Notes under the pieces: model-generated
Database searches by the model: none
What the model was told of the DNA's origin: nothing
What the model saw: the letters and a program-made list of their open reading frames with translations, nothing else
Assembly (NCBI GenBank): GCA_951406725.2
Contig: OX597815.1
Coordinates: 46,004,001-46,068,000, forward strand
Reading direction: 5' to 3'
Origin: Octopus vulgaris
Lineage: Eukaryota
Length of the DNA stretch: 64,000 nt
Shown: piece after piece, positions 14,061-27,449 of the stretch
How positions within the stretch are numbered: position 1 is the stretch's first letter
Layout: every line of letters starts with the position of its first letter
Position numbers and translations under genes: made by a program

Positions 14061-14649
14061 AATTATAAAAATGTTAAATTGTAATGAGACATAAGTTGTA
14101 AAGTTACACACACACGCAATCAAGGTGGCTAGCCAGTAATTTAAAACCAACAAGGAAATAATTCACCGTCACTAAGAGTGACAAGGGTTCACCAGCATTG
14201 CTAGAAATAGGAGCCACAAAAGCACGTGGTCTCTTTATATTGACAGGGGGAAAACTCTTCCCACTCTGAGCGAGATGCATTAGATTAGCTTGGTGATTTC
14301 GTATAGGAAATTAATTCTCATCAATAATGTTTACTCAATCACAGATGGTAGAGGCCAACTCACCCTGTCAATATTATGGAGAATGCCATTGGAATCAGTG
14401 ACTGATTTCACAAAGTGGGAATGTGGAAATTATAAAATAATCAAGGTGACTAGCAGCAATTTAAAACCAACAAGGAAATAATTGTGACACTAATAACCTG
14501 ATGTAAAACTCAATATATATATGTATGCTTCTGAACGAAGCGTTAGGTCGAGTACAGAGCAGTGAAAAGAAAAGAGATGACAAAGTTCTTAAGAACTTCG
14601 TTAGTGTAAAATTTCATAAGATAATCGTTTAATTCTTTGTCATCTCTTC

Positions 14650-14892
14650 ACTTATGTATATATATAAAGTTAATCCAAACATGAAAACACAAAGAGAAAA
14701 CACAACAACGCGAGGACGGGGAACAAATATAGTATTATTAGAGGCTCAGGAAGGAAGGGAAGAAGGAGGGTTTAACGTTTTGAGCGGAGCTCTTCGTCAG
14801 AAACACAGGAAAAGGAAAGATCCAGAGAAGGGAAGACAGAGGAAAAAAATCGCCAACGGTACACACGCGGTCACATTTTGAATGACCGGAAG
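14650..14892 (-). mobile_element. Penelope pLTR-like fragment containing a G12A hammerhead (14770-14804)
   Basis: Minus strand GTTT-CTGACGA-aGAGC-tcc-GCTC-AAAA-CG-TT-AAAC. Same family as 59050-59170. (TA)n flanks. Confidence 0.7.
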
Positions 14893-15422
14893 TATATATA
14901 TATATATATATACTGCTAAATAGACTCACTCTCATACACCTGTATATATAGCTTTGTTGTAAATTTCGTCTTCATAGCCCACTAAGGACGTTCATTCTTA
15001 TATTAGGATAACGGAATAGTAAGCGATAAATTTGCTGATGTGTGTCAAGCTTGGTCAAACTCGAATTTATTTATCAATTGTACACTAAGCTGTAATGATT
15101 AAAATAAAATGTGTGTGTAATGATAATTAACACATTTGTGTACACGCAAATGTAGAAAGACCTTCGCTGCATAAACTGTCAGTGGAGAGGCATTCTTCTT
15201 ATTAACAATATGTACAAAAATGCACCCTGTTGGGTTATGAATGACGTTATTAGAGCGTAGAATGTTAGTTTCTGCGTCGCTACGCTTCATCAGCTGCAGA
15301 CACCGAATCATCGTTCGTAGCCCACGCAGCAAATTTATTTGTTGGTCTTAATATAAGAACGACAGCTCTCTACTGTGATATGGGAAGTGAATATGTTCAG
15401 AATATAGAAAAAGTTGTTGGTA

Positions 15423-15505
<83 letters not shown>

Positions 15506-16009
15506 AATATGTTCAATATTCAATATATATATATAATAAAGTATGGCCGCAGAAGGATATAGTGGGAACACCGACAAACTGTCAGAAAAGGATTTTGTAT
15601 ACAAAATCCGTCTCAGTCAATCCGACTGTGCTTGTCAGTTTACTAGCAATAAGAGTAACCATGAAATGAACTACCCCGACTGCCTAAAAGATTCCTAGAA
15701 ATACCTAACATCTAATATTTGGGTGACCTAATCAGTTGTGGAAGGCAGTGAGCTGATAATTGTTAGGACGTCGGACAAAATGTTTTATCGATAAAATGAA
15801 GTAACAGTTAAATTATGAGGTCGATGTGATCAACCTGCTCCCGCCCGTCAAAAATTGCTGGCCTTGAACTCTGCAACGGATTGGCATCCCTTTTAGGGAG
15901 AACGTTGTAATCTCGGTTGCTTATACGCCATGAAAAATGAGTAATCAGCTCTATGAGTCCGAGGGCTTGAGAAAAAAATATTAACTGTGGAGTAGGGTAC
16001 CTGGAAATA

Positions 16010-16500
16010 AGGTAGTGATAAAATTGGTTTCGAAGAAATTCAGGAGGCTATTAGCTCTGCAAGTAAGAACTAGCTTTTCTCACGAGGGAGCGGATAAACT
16101 GAATGATGTTTGAGCACGAAGTGCAATATTGCTTGGTAACGAAACATGGGCAATGAATGCGGAGATGTGCAAAGGCTGGTTATATACTGAGGTGAACATT
16201 CGCCGCTAGATGTGTAATATTAGTGTGAATGAACAACAGCAAAAAAAGAGTTCGGTGGAAAATCTGGGTATAAGAAGTATCATCTGTAGTATGCGGGAGT
16301 GAAGACGAAGTTGGTGTTGAGACGTGATGTCTATGAGAGAATGATAAATGAGTAAACAAGTACCAAGAGAAGACGGGGTAAGACATGTGAATCAGCGGTG
16401 AAGACCGGTCCGAACAATGTGAACATCGCTAAGAAGATGATAAGGAATTTCAACGAGTTGAAAATTTGTTCTGGGAAAAAAATCTGGTACGACTTGTACT
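16010..16500 (+). mobile_element. Decayed RTE-clade LINE 3' region
   Basis: KKFRRLLAL..., AILLGNETWAM (MLHGSETW), R*MCNISV, NLGIRSI, RRSWC*DVM (RLRWYGHVMR), degenerate GRP.KTW. Confidence 0.75.
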
Positions 16501-17202
16501 AATATGGAAAAGCGGATGTTTACATCAGGACTCTGATGATGATGATGATGATGATTATGATGATGATGATGATGATGATGATGATGGTAATGATGATGGT
16601 GACGATGATGATGATGATGATGAGGATGATAAAAGACATTAATGCAATTATGTATATGCATATGCCCATGTATCCGTGTGCATCTACGCACGCACAAACA
16701 TATGTATATGAATACATGAGACATTTGTACATTGATGTACAGATGTATATATACCGATGTACAAATGCGATGAGCAAAATTGCTTGAGAAACAGACGACG
16801 AGTTGGGATAATTGAAATGAGAAGCAGTCTTAAAAGGCGGGAAAAGGAAAGGAAAGATGGAGAGAGCCTGGGAAAGAGCTGGAGAGAGGAAGGAAAAGAG
16901 TGAGAGAGAAGCGGCAAGGTGACAGGAAAGGGAGGGAGAAGGAAGAAGGAGGGAGATAGGGATAAAGAGAAAGTGTGAGGGAAACCAGAACAAACCAGCA
17001 TGAAATAACGGGAGAAAGACACACACACGCGCACACGCACACACACGGGCACACACACACGGGCACACACACGGACACACACACAGACACATGAACACAC
17101 AGAGGCCAAAAGAGAAAGAAGGGTGAGGGGGAAGAAGGAAACACACCACACACTCACAAGGCAAGAGAGAAAGGAGGGCAAGAGCGAAGAAGTAAACACG
17201 CG

Positions 17203-17242
<40 letters not shown>

Positions 17243-17452
17243 GAAAGAAGCGTAAAACTTGTAAGGTGGTGACATGGTCCGGCTAGCACATATGGAAATA
17301 TTTATCCACGAGGTTTAACTTGCCAACTCCGAGTTCCTAAATTTGTAATAAACAATAATAATGACATTAGTGAGTGTTTTTTTAAATATGCTACGTCAGA
17401 TGTGCGCTTCCTTTGCACTAGATTATCTGTCTCTTTTCTCCACACACACGCA

Positions 17453-17529
<77 letters not shown>

Positions 17530-17876
17530 ACATACACACACACGTATGGTATATATGCGCGTAAAATATATATGCCGCCACATGAGCGTAAACACATTAA
17601 TATACACATTTTCACATATATACACACGCACACGTGTATATTTATATGTGCGAGCATATATACATACAGGCACACACACACAGAGTCACGAGGGTGTGCG
17701 CGCTCATGTGCCAGCATGCATATATTACTATGTGTGTGTGTGTGTGTGTGTGAATGTGTATCTGTAAATACATATATACATATATATAGACATATATGTG
17801 TATATATTCATATATACATACCCTCATACACACACACATACGCGTGCGCACATAAATGTGTTTTTCTCGTGTTTGC

Positions 17877-17941
<65 letters not shown>

Positions 17942-18469
17942 ATATATATATGAGAGCTTATATGCAATGCAAATATATATAATTATATTTATTACATAAG
18001 ACCAACGTGAATTCGTGCTTTTCATAAAATAAACAAACAAGCTTTCGGCAAGGTCTTTGAGCAAATGATAAATTACCTCGATCTGCTTAATGGCTGTAAG
18101 TTTTACTTCCTTTTGCTTAAGCGCCATCATTTGTGGCTTTCCTGAAAGATCCCTGTCGACATTGGACAGACAGCGGATTACAGAAGCGTAGAAAAGACCC
18201 TATATACTTGCTCAGCGTAACATTGAGGCATGCTTTACACATAATGAGCATTCATGTGTATTATCGTTGAATACTAATTGACTCGAAGTAGCTGTTTCCT
18301 ATTAGCCATGTTCCCCTGTTGAATTAATTCATATAACTCCTATTTAAGTATTCATATATATGTACATTTTCTAAGAGATCGTCGTATCGTTTCTACTTGT
18401 GTCAGTAACCGGTTGATGTCTTGCATGAAGCTGTCTACTAAGTCAGACGGAAACAACTGAAAATAACGA

Positions 18470-18652
18470 TGGGTTCAAATTTTGGCGCAAGGCCAGCAAT
18501 TTCGGGGGAAAGGGCAAGTCGATTATATCGACCCCAGAAAGATGAAAGGCAAAGTCGACCTGGGCGGAATTTGAACTCAGAGCGTAAAGACGTACGAAAA
18601 GCCGCTAAGCAGTTCACCCAGCGTGCTAACGATTGTACCAGCTTGTCGCCTT
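18470..18652 (-). mobile_element. SINE family B
   Basis: aaggatgaaaggcaaagtcgacc..gcggaatttgaactcagagcgt. Confidence 0.8.
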
Positions 18653-18831
18653 AGAAATGAAAATAATATTGGTAGTTGTTCAAGATGAGGTGTATACATA
18701 CATACATACATACATACATACATACATACATACACACACATATATGTGTGTGTATATATATGTATATATATACGTACTTCAATTAAATAATAATAAATAA
18801 TATATATATGTATATATATATATATATATAT

Positions 18832-19514
18832 AATGAAAATAGTAATGCAATACGAGAGTATTGCTTTCCCGTAAAGGATAGCCCGTGAGGGTAAAATTAT
18901 ACATATAAAAGTAAATAAATGGCACAACGAAACACCGATATTTACTGGAAAATAGCGAACGTAATAAATACGACGCTAATGTATAGCTTCACTGCGTATG
19001 TACTAGTAAAGATGCGTGTGTGCAACAAACATGAAAAAAATTGTCTTAGCTCTAGGAAGAACATCTGAAAAATGAAAAACTTAGAAACGGATAATGCAGT
19101 ACCGGTTTCAGATTCTTCAAAATACGTTTGCCAACGTATATTTGATTTATCTTCATCAGCTGCATATACCTCGACAATATTTCAAATGTTGCCACATCTA
19201 TGCCAGTACACTCGTCTGAACGCCAAAACGTTAACAGAACGAGAACAGTGAAGAAGTTTCAATGAAAATAGTAATGCAATACGAGAGTATTGCTTTCCAG
19301 TAAAGGATAGCCCGTGAGGGTAAAATTATACATATAAAAGTAAATAAATGGCACAACGAAGCACCGATATTTACTGGAAAATAGCGAACGTAATAAATAC
19401 GACGCTAATGTATAGCTTCACTGCGTATGTACTAGTAAAGATGCGTGTGTGCAACAAACATGGAAAAAATTGTCTTACCTCTAGGAAGAACATCTGAAAA
19501 ATGAAAAACCTAGA
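18832..19514 (-). mobile_element. Partial tandem repeat, 429-bp period (1.6 units), carrying a hammerhead; retrozyme/pLTR-like
   Basis: 18832-19085 recurs at 19261-19514 with about 5 substitutions; the unique middle holds the hammerhead. Confidence 0.85.
19094..19165 (-). ncRNA. Minimal type I hammerhead ribozyme, intact core
   Basis: ATGCAG-CTGATGA-AGAT..TCAAATATACGTT-ggca-AACGTATTTTGA..ATCT-GAAA-CCGG-TA-CTGCAT; GUA cleavage triplet. Confidence 0.9.
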
Positions 19515-19659
19515 GCACAACGCACCACTAGTCTGGGAACCGAATCGATCTTAGAATGGATCTTGCGATCGTGAGTAGCACCGCCCTAACCAGCAGGTAA
19601 CGCACCTTTACATATACATACATTGATAAATAAACAGATACATAAATACATATATACAT

Positions 19660-19893
19660 ATGTGTGTGTGTGTGTGTGCGTGCGTATGTCTTTGTATCTG
19701 TGCTTGCCCCCACAACAGCTTGACAACCAGTATTGCTATGTTTACGATTTCGTAACATTAGCGGTGCGGCAAAACAGACCAGGCTTAAAAAATAAAGAAA
19801 GTACTGATATCGGTTCGTTCAACTGAAGTTCCTCAAGGCGGTGCCCCACCATGGCTGCAGTCTGATGACTGGAACAAGTAAAAGATGAAAGAT
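19660..19893 (+). mobile_element. SINE family A, 3' part
   Basis: gcttgacaacc...caaggcggtgcccc..catggctgcagtc..atgactgg.acaagtaaaaga. Confidence 0.75.
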
Positions 19894-20582
19894 ACACATT
19901 ATAAAGTTCTTAAATTTCCTGTCGTTGGTAGCCATGTATAACGCTATTTCATTCTTTTTTTTTGAATCGTCAGCACAGCGTAACTTGAGACGAATAAATT
20001 AAGCTAAATTCAGCATTCTATAAAGTTAGACATTTCTTATTAAGAGAAAATAATTTATAGTTTAAAAGGCTTTTCTCTTTACTCTTTTACTTGTTTCAGT
20101 CATGTGACTGTGGCCATGCTGGAACATCGCCTTTAGTCGAGCAAATCGACCCCAGGACAAGGCTTCTCTATTAAAAAAAGAAAAACAAGTATCGCCATGT
20201 CTTATATGCTTTTGATTTTAGGTCTGTTAGCCTAAAATAGTTTATAGAAAATTGAGAATAGTTTGTAGTTTATCTCTATGAAAAGAAAGCTGTATGGCCA
20301 TGTCTTGTATGCTTTAAGTTTTAGGCCTGTTAGGTCAAGAGAGACTCAGAATGGCTACATTACAGCAACAGCAAGAAAATTTCGCTTGGTTGATGTGAAT
20401 AAATCAATTACTTTTTGCAATCATCAAGGTCACATAGACTCGATACACCGATTTCAGTTACTCTCACTAATTCTGTCATCACGTCCAACCACCAGTCGAC
20501 CTGTTGTATTTCTGTTATATAATCCGAAACAGATGTATGGTGGTAGGTTATAAAGAAAAAGACAGAAATTTCTCTTCACTTA

Positions 20583-20646
<64 letters not shown>

Positions 20647-21288
20647 TGTGTGTATATATATGTGTATAAGTGTATATGTATTTATATATATATCTTTATG
20701 TCTCTATGTATGTACATGTGTGCATGTGTGCTTGTATGTATGTTTTTATGTTTTGAATCTAATTAACAGACGACCCCAATTCACATCAACTTCGTATGGC
20801 TGAACAGGCAAAGACTTCTCTCTTTCTCTCTCTCTTTCTTTCTCTTTCTCTCACTCCCTCTCTCTCTCCACTACTCAACAATCATGCGTGGGCAATACGT
20901 AAATAACTGCGTACGTACAACTTCACTCATACACCTCTCACACGGGTACGCAAGTCGTTTCATCCCATCATATGACCACCGCCACCAACACCTTTTTTTT
21001 TTTGCATATTTTGATGTGATACCGAAATAACAACACTTGTGTTTATTTATTTAACTGACCCCTGTTCTCTCTTCCCTCACCTCTTACTCTCTCTTTCTCT
21101 CTCTCTGTCACACACAAATCTACACATGGGCACACACACACTCACACACAAACACACACACACATACACACTCACAAACACACACTGTATACATATGTGA
21201 GCATGTATGTACGTACATACATCCCTATAAATATATGCAAATATATATATATATATATATATATATAATAAATGTATTATATCATACC

Positions 21289-21338
<50 letters not shown>

Positions 21339-21823
21339 TTGTGTACTTGTGTAATTGTTAACGCCTCCCCACGCACTGTTTAACCCCTAATTTTGGGGGG
21401 TTGGGGTGGAGTATGGGTTTAGGCTTTCGTACCATCCTAAACCCTAACTAGTCCATCCTTCTGTTTCTAATCTGATAGGATCAATTCTACAAATAATACC
21501 CCCTTGGCCCATATGGACGTATCATCAAATGTTTTGACAATAATCTCTATAGTTATTTAGTTATTTATATAAAGTTTCGTGGTGGGAAGAAGAAAGAGTA
21601 GGAGGGGGAAAGAGGGAACAAGGGAGAGAAGGAGTGAGTGAGTGAGAGAGAGAGAGAAAAGGTGGGATAGAGAGAACGGAGTGCAAGGTATGAAGGAACC
21701 GCTTTCATTTATACACTTGAAAAATTTATTTCCCGAGATCTCTAGTAGAAATATTAGCATGATGTCTTAGAGGATGAGATTAAAAAAATAAAGGGAAATA
21801 AAGAAAAATAAAGGAAAGGAAAG

Positions 21824-21826
<3 letters not shown>

Positions 21827-21869
<43 letters not shown>

Positions 21870-22030
21870 CAGTAGTAGTAGTGGCGGTGGTGGTGGTGGT
21901 AGCAGTAGTGGTAGTGGTTGTAGTAGTAGTCGCAGTAGTAATAGTAGTTGTGGTGGTGGTAGCAGTGGTAGCGGTAGTTGTAATAGTGTTGTTGTTGGTG
22001 GTAGTAGCAGTAGTAGTTGTAGTGGTGGTG
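21827..22030. repeat. (GTA)/(GTG) trinucleotide microsatellite
   Basis: Directly visible. Confidence 0.9.
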
Positions 22031-22255
22031 CAGGTGTTGATAGTATTAGTAGAAGAAGACGACGAAGTAAGAAGAAAACGGATGAATGACATCATCAACA
22101 AACATAAGACATCATCGTCGTCATCAGCATCATCATCTTTATCATCGTCATCATCATTATCATCAACAGAAGATATCGTTTGAATATAACGATTACTAAT
22201 TTTTGTGAAGATGGGAAATAAAGTTTCTGAGGATTATGTATTAAAATTTTATGTA

Positions 22256-23370
22256 TCAGATCATCCTATAAGTTCTGACCGAATTTTGAATAAAGAAAAC
22301 AAGTGATCAAATTTTATATTCAATTGAAATTTAATCATCAATGTACTTTCCCTGATTATCTATGACTTCCTTCCATCTATTTACAAGCTTTTTAGTCCTA
22401 TCAATATAAAACTCTTTTGGTTTCAATTTAAGAACTCTGAAATGTCAGTTTCGACCTCCTCCTGGCTTGCGAAAGTTATGTTCCCCAAATGATTCTGTAA
22501 GAATTTTTTCCCAACCAAGCTCTTCGATCTTCTGTGATGTGATCTTTGCAGTGTGGGGTCGCACATTGTCCCGATAGAACATCACTCCTTTTCGATTCCC
22601 TAAAGCGGATATTTTTTTTCTTCAAAGCTTGGTTCCCACCAGATTGAGAAAAGAACCTTTTTTCCATGAAGTTCATTCTCTGTTGGGGTTCAGCTTTTTC
22701 CCTTTTACCATACGACGTTTAACATTTCGATAGAAGATCCATTTTTCGTCACCAGTCACAAGTCTATCCAAAAAGGGTGAAATGAGTTCGCGAGAATGGA
22801 GAGAAAAGCAGATGTCAACTCAGGATTTCCGGTTGGTTTCGGACAATTCATGAGGCACTCATCTTCCAAGTTTAGGAACCTTTCCAAGTTGTTGAAGATG
22901 ACGATGAACAGTCGTATGGTTTGAACTAAGCTTTATTGCCAATTCTTCAACTGATAATGCAGGATTTTCTTCAAATAACGCCTCAAGGAGCTTATCATCA
23001 AACCCAACTGGACGTCCTGTTCGATCTTTCTCTTCAAGGCTGAAATCTCCACTTCTGAATTTTGCAAACCATCTTCTGCAAGTTCTTTCATTCACGCATT
23101 CTTTCCCATTAACTGAGTGTATACTTCGAGTCGTTTCGTACTCACAAAGCATCATGTGCCTTAAATGCTCTTTGGATACTTTTATGTTAGAAAGGGTTTT
23201 AATCAAAGAAAATTTAATTCTATTATTCTGTAAAATAATATCTAATTAGTTTAAATGTACACAAATGCATAAAAATAATTTTAAATTCAATTAGATATTC
23301 TAAGATACTATTAAATTTCATTCAATTTTTAAAACAGTTAAAATCGGACAGAACTTATGGGATGACCTGA
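22256..23370 (-). mobile_element. Mariner transposon, internally deleted, both TIRs and TA TSD
   Basis: TIRs tcagatcatcctataagttctgaccga and tcaggtcatcccataagttctgtccga, each flanked by TA. ORF remnant RRWFAKFRSGDFSLEE..R.GRP..HRHLQQLGK..*VPHEL, LVTGDEKWIFY. Confidence 0.92.
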
Positions 23371-23831
23371 TATTAGAATTTTAAATCCATCAAGCATGTG
23401 GCTAAATCTACAAATTCGAACATGATGGACAAGTCTGGAATAATAAGCTACTTTTGTTTTGAACTATCTTATATATTTGCCACTCTTCTCTCCTGTGAAT
23501 ATCACATAAGAAAAAAAAAAGGGATCAGGGAACCGGGTTGATGGCATGTTGGATGGTTTTTATACAACAAAAGTGTTGGAGAGTGTGGAATAGTGTAAAA
23601 TATTACAAATATTATCTCATGATTTATATACTCACTCACAAACACACAAGCACATGCACAGCTACACACACACACATACGCCCGTGTGTGTGTGTTTAAT
23701 TATATGTATATATGTGTGTATATATATATCTATGTATATATGTATATAAAGTAGGTACTGTAAATTTAGGGTGAATATTTGATAAGTGTACCGCGATATC
23801 CTTTGTGTTCTATTTTTAATTTTATTTGATA

Positions 23832-23912
<81 letters not shown>

Positions 23913-23947
23913 ATATATGTATATATACATATATATACATATATATG

Positions 23948-24004
<57 letters not shown>

Positions 24005-24639
24005 CATATACACATATAACTTTATATATGTAGAGGTATATATGTATGTGTGTATCAATATATGTATATTCAAATATGTGTGTGTGTATATATTCATGCG
24101 TATGTGTGTGTTGATTATAGATATGTGTGATCAGAGCTGACCAACATTTAAGCTGCAACACCAATAATTATAGCAACGCGCTAATCCCAAATCCCAAGAA
24201 ATTTGACTCCATTCACTCTCACTGTCTTAAAAACTTGATCATAATCTACCGTTAGCTGCTTTTGTCATTTTGAATGAAAAAAATAGAGTGACTAAAGCTG
24301 GAAAGTCTTTGATCAATGTTCTGCTCGATGAAGTTTGATATAGAGATAAAAATAACGACAACAGTTATAACTTGTAAATTAGCAATGAATTAATTTGCGG
24401 TGACCTCATCAACATATGTAACAACGGACTTGAATAAGTTGAATTAGAATACATTGAAACAACATGCAAACTAATGCAACTCTCGAGCAAGAGATATGAC
24501 TAACAAAAACTAGAGAGTATTATCAAATGATAGGTTTAGTTAAATAAAGACAAAAAGAACGTTAACAATAGTAAAAACACCAGTTGAGAGGGATGTACTA
24601 TGCTATCATTAAAAATACAGTCAGTCTTGCCAATAATAG

Positions 24640-25500
24640 TCTCAAATTTTGCTATAACGTCAGTAATTTTAAAAGAGATGGTAAATTAATTATATCGACC
24701 TCAATGTTCAAGTGAGACTTACTTTACCAACCTCGAATGGAAGAAAGACAAAGTGGATCTCGATGGAATTTCAACTTAGAACAGCTGGTAAAAATGCTGC
24801 TAAATATTTTCTCTCACTCGGTAATGTTTCTGCAGCTCAGTTGTGTCAATTATAAGATTTAATATCAATCATAACATCAGTGACAATATACAGCAAAGTA
24901 TCAATTACCCAATATTGGTTTCAAATTTTGGCACTAGTCCAGCGGTTTCAGGGGTGGGGCTAATTCGATTACATCGACACTCAGCACTCAACTGGTAATT
25001 TCTTTATAGACTCCAGAAGGATGAAAGGCAAAGTCGACTTCGGCGGAATTTGAACTCAGAACGCAGCGGCAGACGAAATACCTATTTCTTTACTATCCAC
25101 AAAGGGCTAAACACAGAGAGGACAAACAAGGACAGACAAACGGATTAAGTCGATTATATCGACCCCAGCGCTTAACTGGTACTTATTTAATCGACCCCGA
25201 AAGGATGAAAGGCAAAGTCGACCTTGGCGTAATTTGAACTCAGAACGTAGCGGCCAACGAAATACCGCTAAGCATTTAGTTAGACAATATTGCCTCTAAA
25301 TTAGGTATAAGTCCAGCATTTTCAGAGTTGGTAGGTTAGTCGAGAGCATTGCCCACTCCTACCAGTGCTTCACTGGTACTTTATTTTACCGACCCTGGTA
25401 GGATGAAAAGCAAAGTGGACCTTGACGGCATTTGAACTCAGAAAGCAAAAACACTTTCAAAGTTCTGATGCTCTGACGATTCTGCCTGCTCGCCGCCTTA
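24640..25500 (-). mobile_element. Tandem cluster of SINE family B copies, including a dimeric copy (24915-25275)
   Basis: Four repeats of ggatgaaaggcaaagtcgac..ggcggaatttgaactcaga, all in the same orientation. Confidence 0.85.
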
Positions 25501-27112
25501 ATTGCTTTAAGAAACTTAATATGCAAAGCTTTAATAGTGCAGCGTGACAGTGATCAAAAAGTTGTTGCTTCAGAACTTATAAATCTTTTCTTAAAGATGT
25601 TAGTAGTTGATTTGAGGAACAGTTTGGCGGCTATTTCTAGAAGACCTACTATTAGGTCATGCTTTGTCAGATATACATCGTTAATACTTACAACATATTC
25701 ATCTTAATTTGATGTTTAATGGATGATGATATTGTTAGAAGAACATCTTTGAAAGATAAAGACAAAATTCTGCGTCTTGCAGTGATGTTTCAAGGAGAAC
25801 ATAACAATTTATCGATTTCAGCTTTTGAAGAATTTAAAGGGTCTTGTGGTTTGCTCATTTAAATGATTCTTGTAGTTTGCGCAGCACCACAGGCAAATGT
25901 ATTTTACACTAACTTAAAGATGACCCAAGTTTTAGGAAACAAATTAAACTGACATAAACCTAGCGGAAGCCTATCAATTGGTGTGTATCTACTTTTTGAT
26001 GGCATAAGTAATCTGTCGTACTGCTTAAAACCACCATTTATTCTTGGGTGCCTTTAGCGCAAAGCAAATCTGTTGCTATCATTCAACTCAAGTCTCCTAT
26101 ATCTCGATAACTTGATGTATTTCACATCGCAACAACATATGAGTCAAGCTTCCTTCGTTCGTTTTCCACCACTCGTTTCAGAAATCTATGTATAAAGCTC
26201 CTGATCACCATCCTCCCGCTACTGCGTAGAGTGACTGTATAACGGGTCATGAACTACCCCGTTGAGTAAGAGGATGGAAATCCTAGAAAACAGAGTTGTT
26301 TCAGTTTTAATTTCTATTTGTTGCCCTTTTATGTTAATTACAGTTGTCAGTTTACAATAACTACACAATCTTATTCTTTGCTCTAAACCTCAGATTCTGT
26401 ACTCAGTAATTAAGTTCACAGAGTTATCGAAAACAAATAAATAACTGCATAGAATAATTATTTATCATTGTTGTTGTCTGTCTCCAGTCGGTCCTGACCC
26501 AATAAACATCTGGTCAAATGTATTCAAGTCATGAGACCGTCCCATCTTTTTAAGGAGGAAATGAAATGTAGCTTCTATTTCTATAAGCTTGAACGACGAC
26601 ATAGAAAATTCTTAACTTAGTGAGTGGTTGTGTGCGTGTGTGTATGTATGTGTGTGTACTAGTGTTTACGTGTGTGTATGTGATATGTATGTGTATGTGT
26701 GAGCGCGCGCGTGCGTATGCGTGTGTGTGTTTATGCTCTCACCACTCAGCTCTTTAACAAGGAGATTAATGTAGTCGTATCTCTTTTAGCAAACTAAATA
26801 TTTATCGTGAATGTGGCTTCGATTAGATCACATTGATGACTTTTGTTTTATGAGGCACTGCTTCGAACACAAACTGCCTAAGTTATCGTATTGTATCATA
26901 TGATAAACCAAATGTATATCAATGGATCATTCTCAGTTGCTTAAGCAACAGTCTACCATCACTTAAACTTGTAAGAAAAAGCTTTAAATAGAATTTTGAA
27001 CGTGCAACTGTGCGAAAATCACAAATTATGAAATATTTTGTCTAGGTTTTAGTTCAAAAACTTATCCAGAAGAAAGCTACTGAAACTATGGTTGTTCTCC
27101 ACGAACCTAAAC

Positions 27113-27179
<67 letters not shown>

Positions 27180-27241
27180 CTTGTACAAACATACACGCAG
27201 ACATATATATATATATGTGTGTGTGTGTATGTGTAAATATC

Positions 27242-27314
27242 TTAACTGAGGAAGATTTTACGTAAGAGATGAATTCTTTTTCTCTCTTGCGTAATTCTCT
27301 GAAACGTGTATTAA
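27242..27314 (+). ncRNA. Minimal type I hammerhead ribozyme, intact core
   Basis: TTAA-CTGAGGA-AGA.TTACGTAAGAGA..loop..TCTCTTGCGTAA.TCT-GAAA-CGTG-TA-TTAA. Confidence 0.8.
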
Positions 27315-27349
27315 ATGTATTCAAAATATCAATACCTGGTTTAACTATA

Positions 27350-27390
27350 TATACAATACAATACAATACAATATAATATAATATAATATA

Positions 27391-27449
<59 letters not shown>
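27350..27449. repeat. Compound (CAATA)n(TAATA)n(TAA)n microsatellite
   Basis: Directly visible. Confidence 0.9.
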
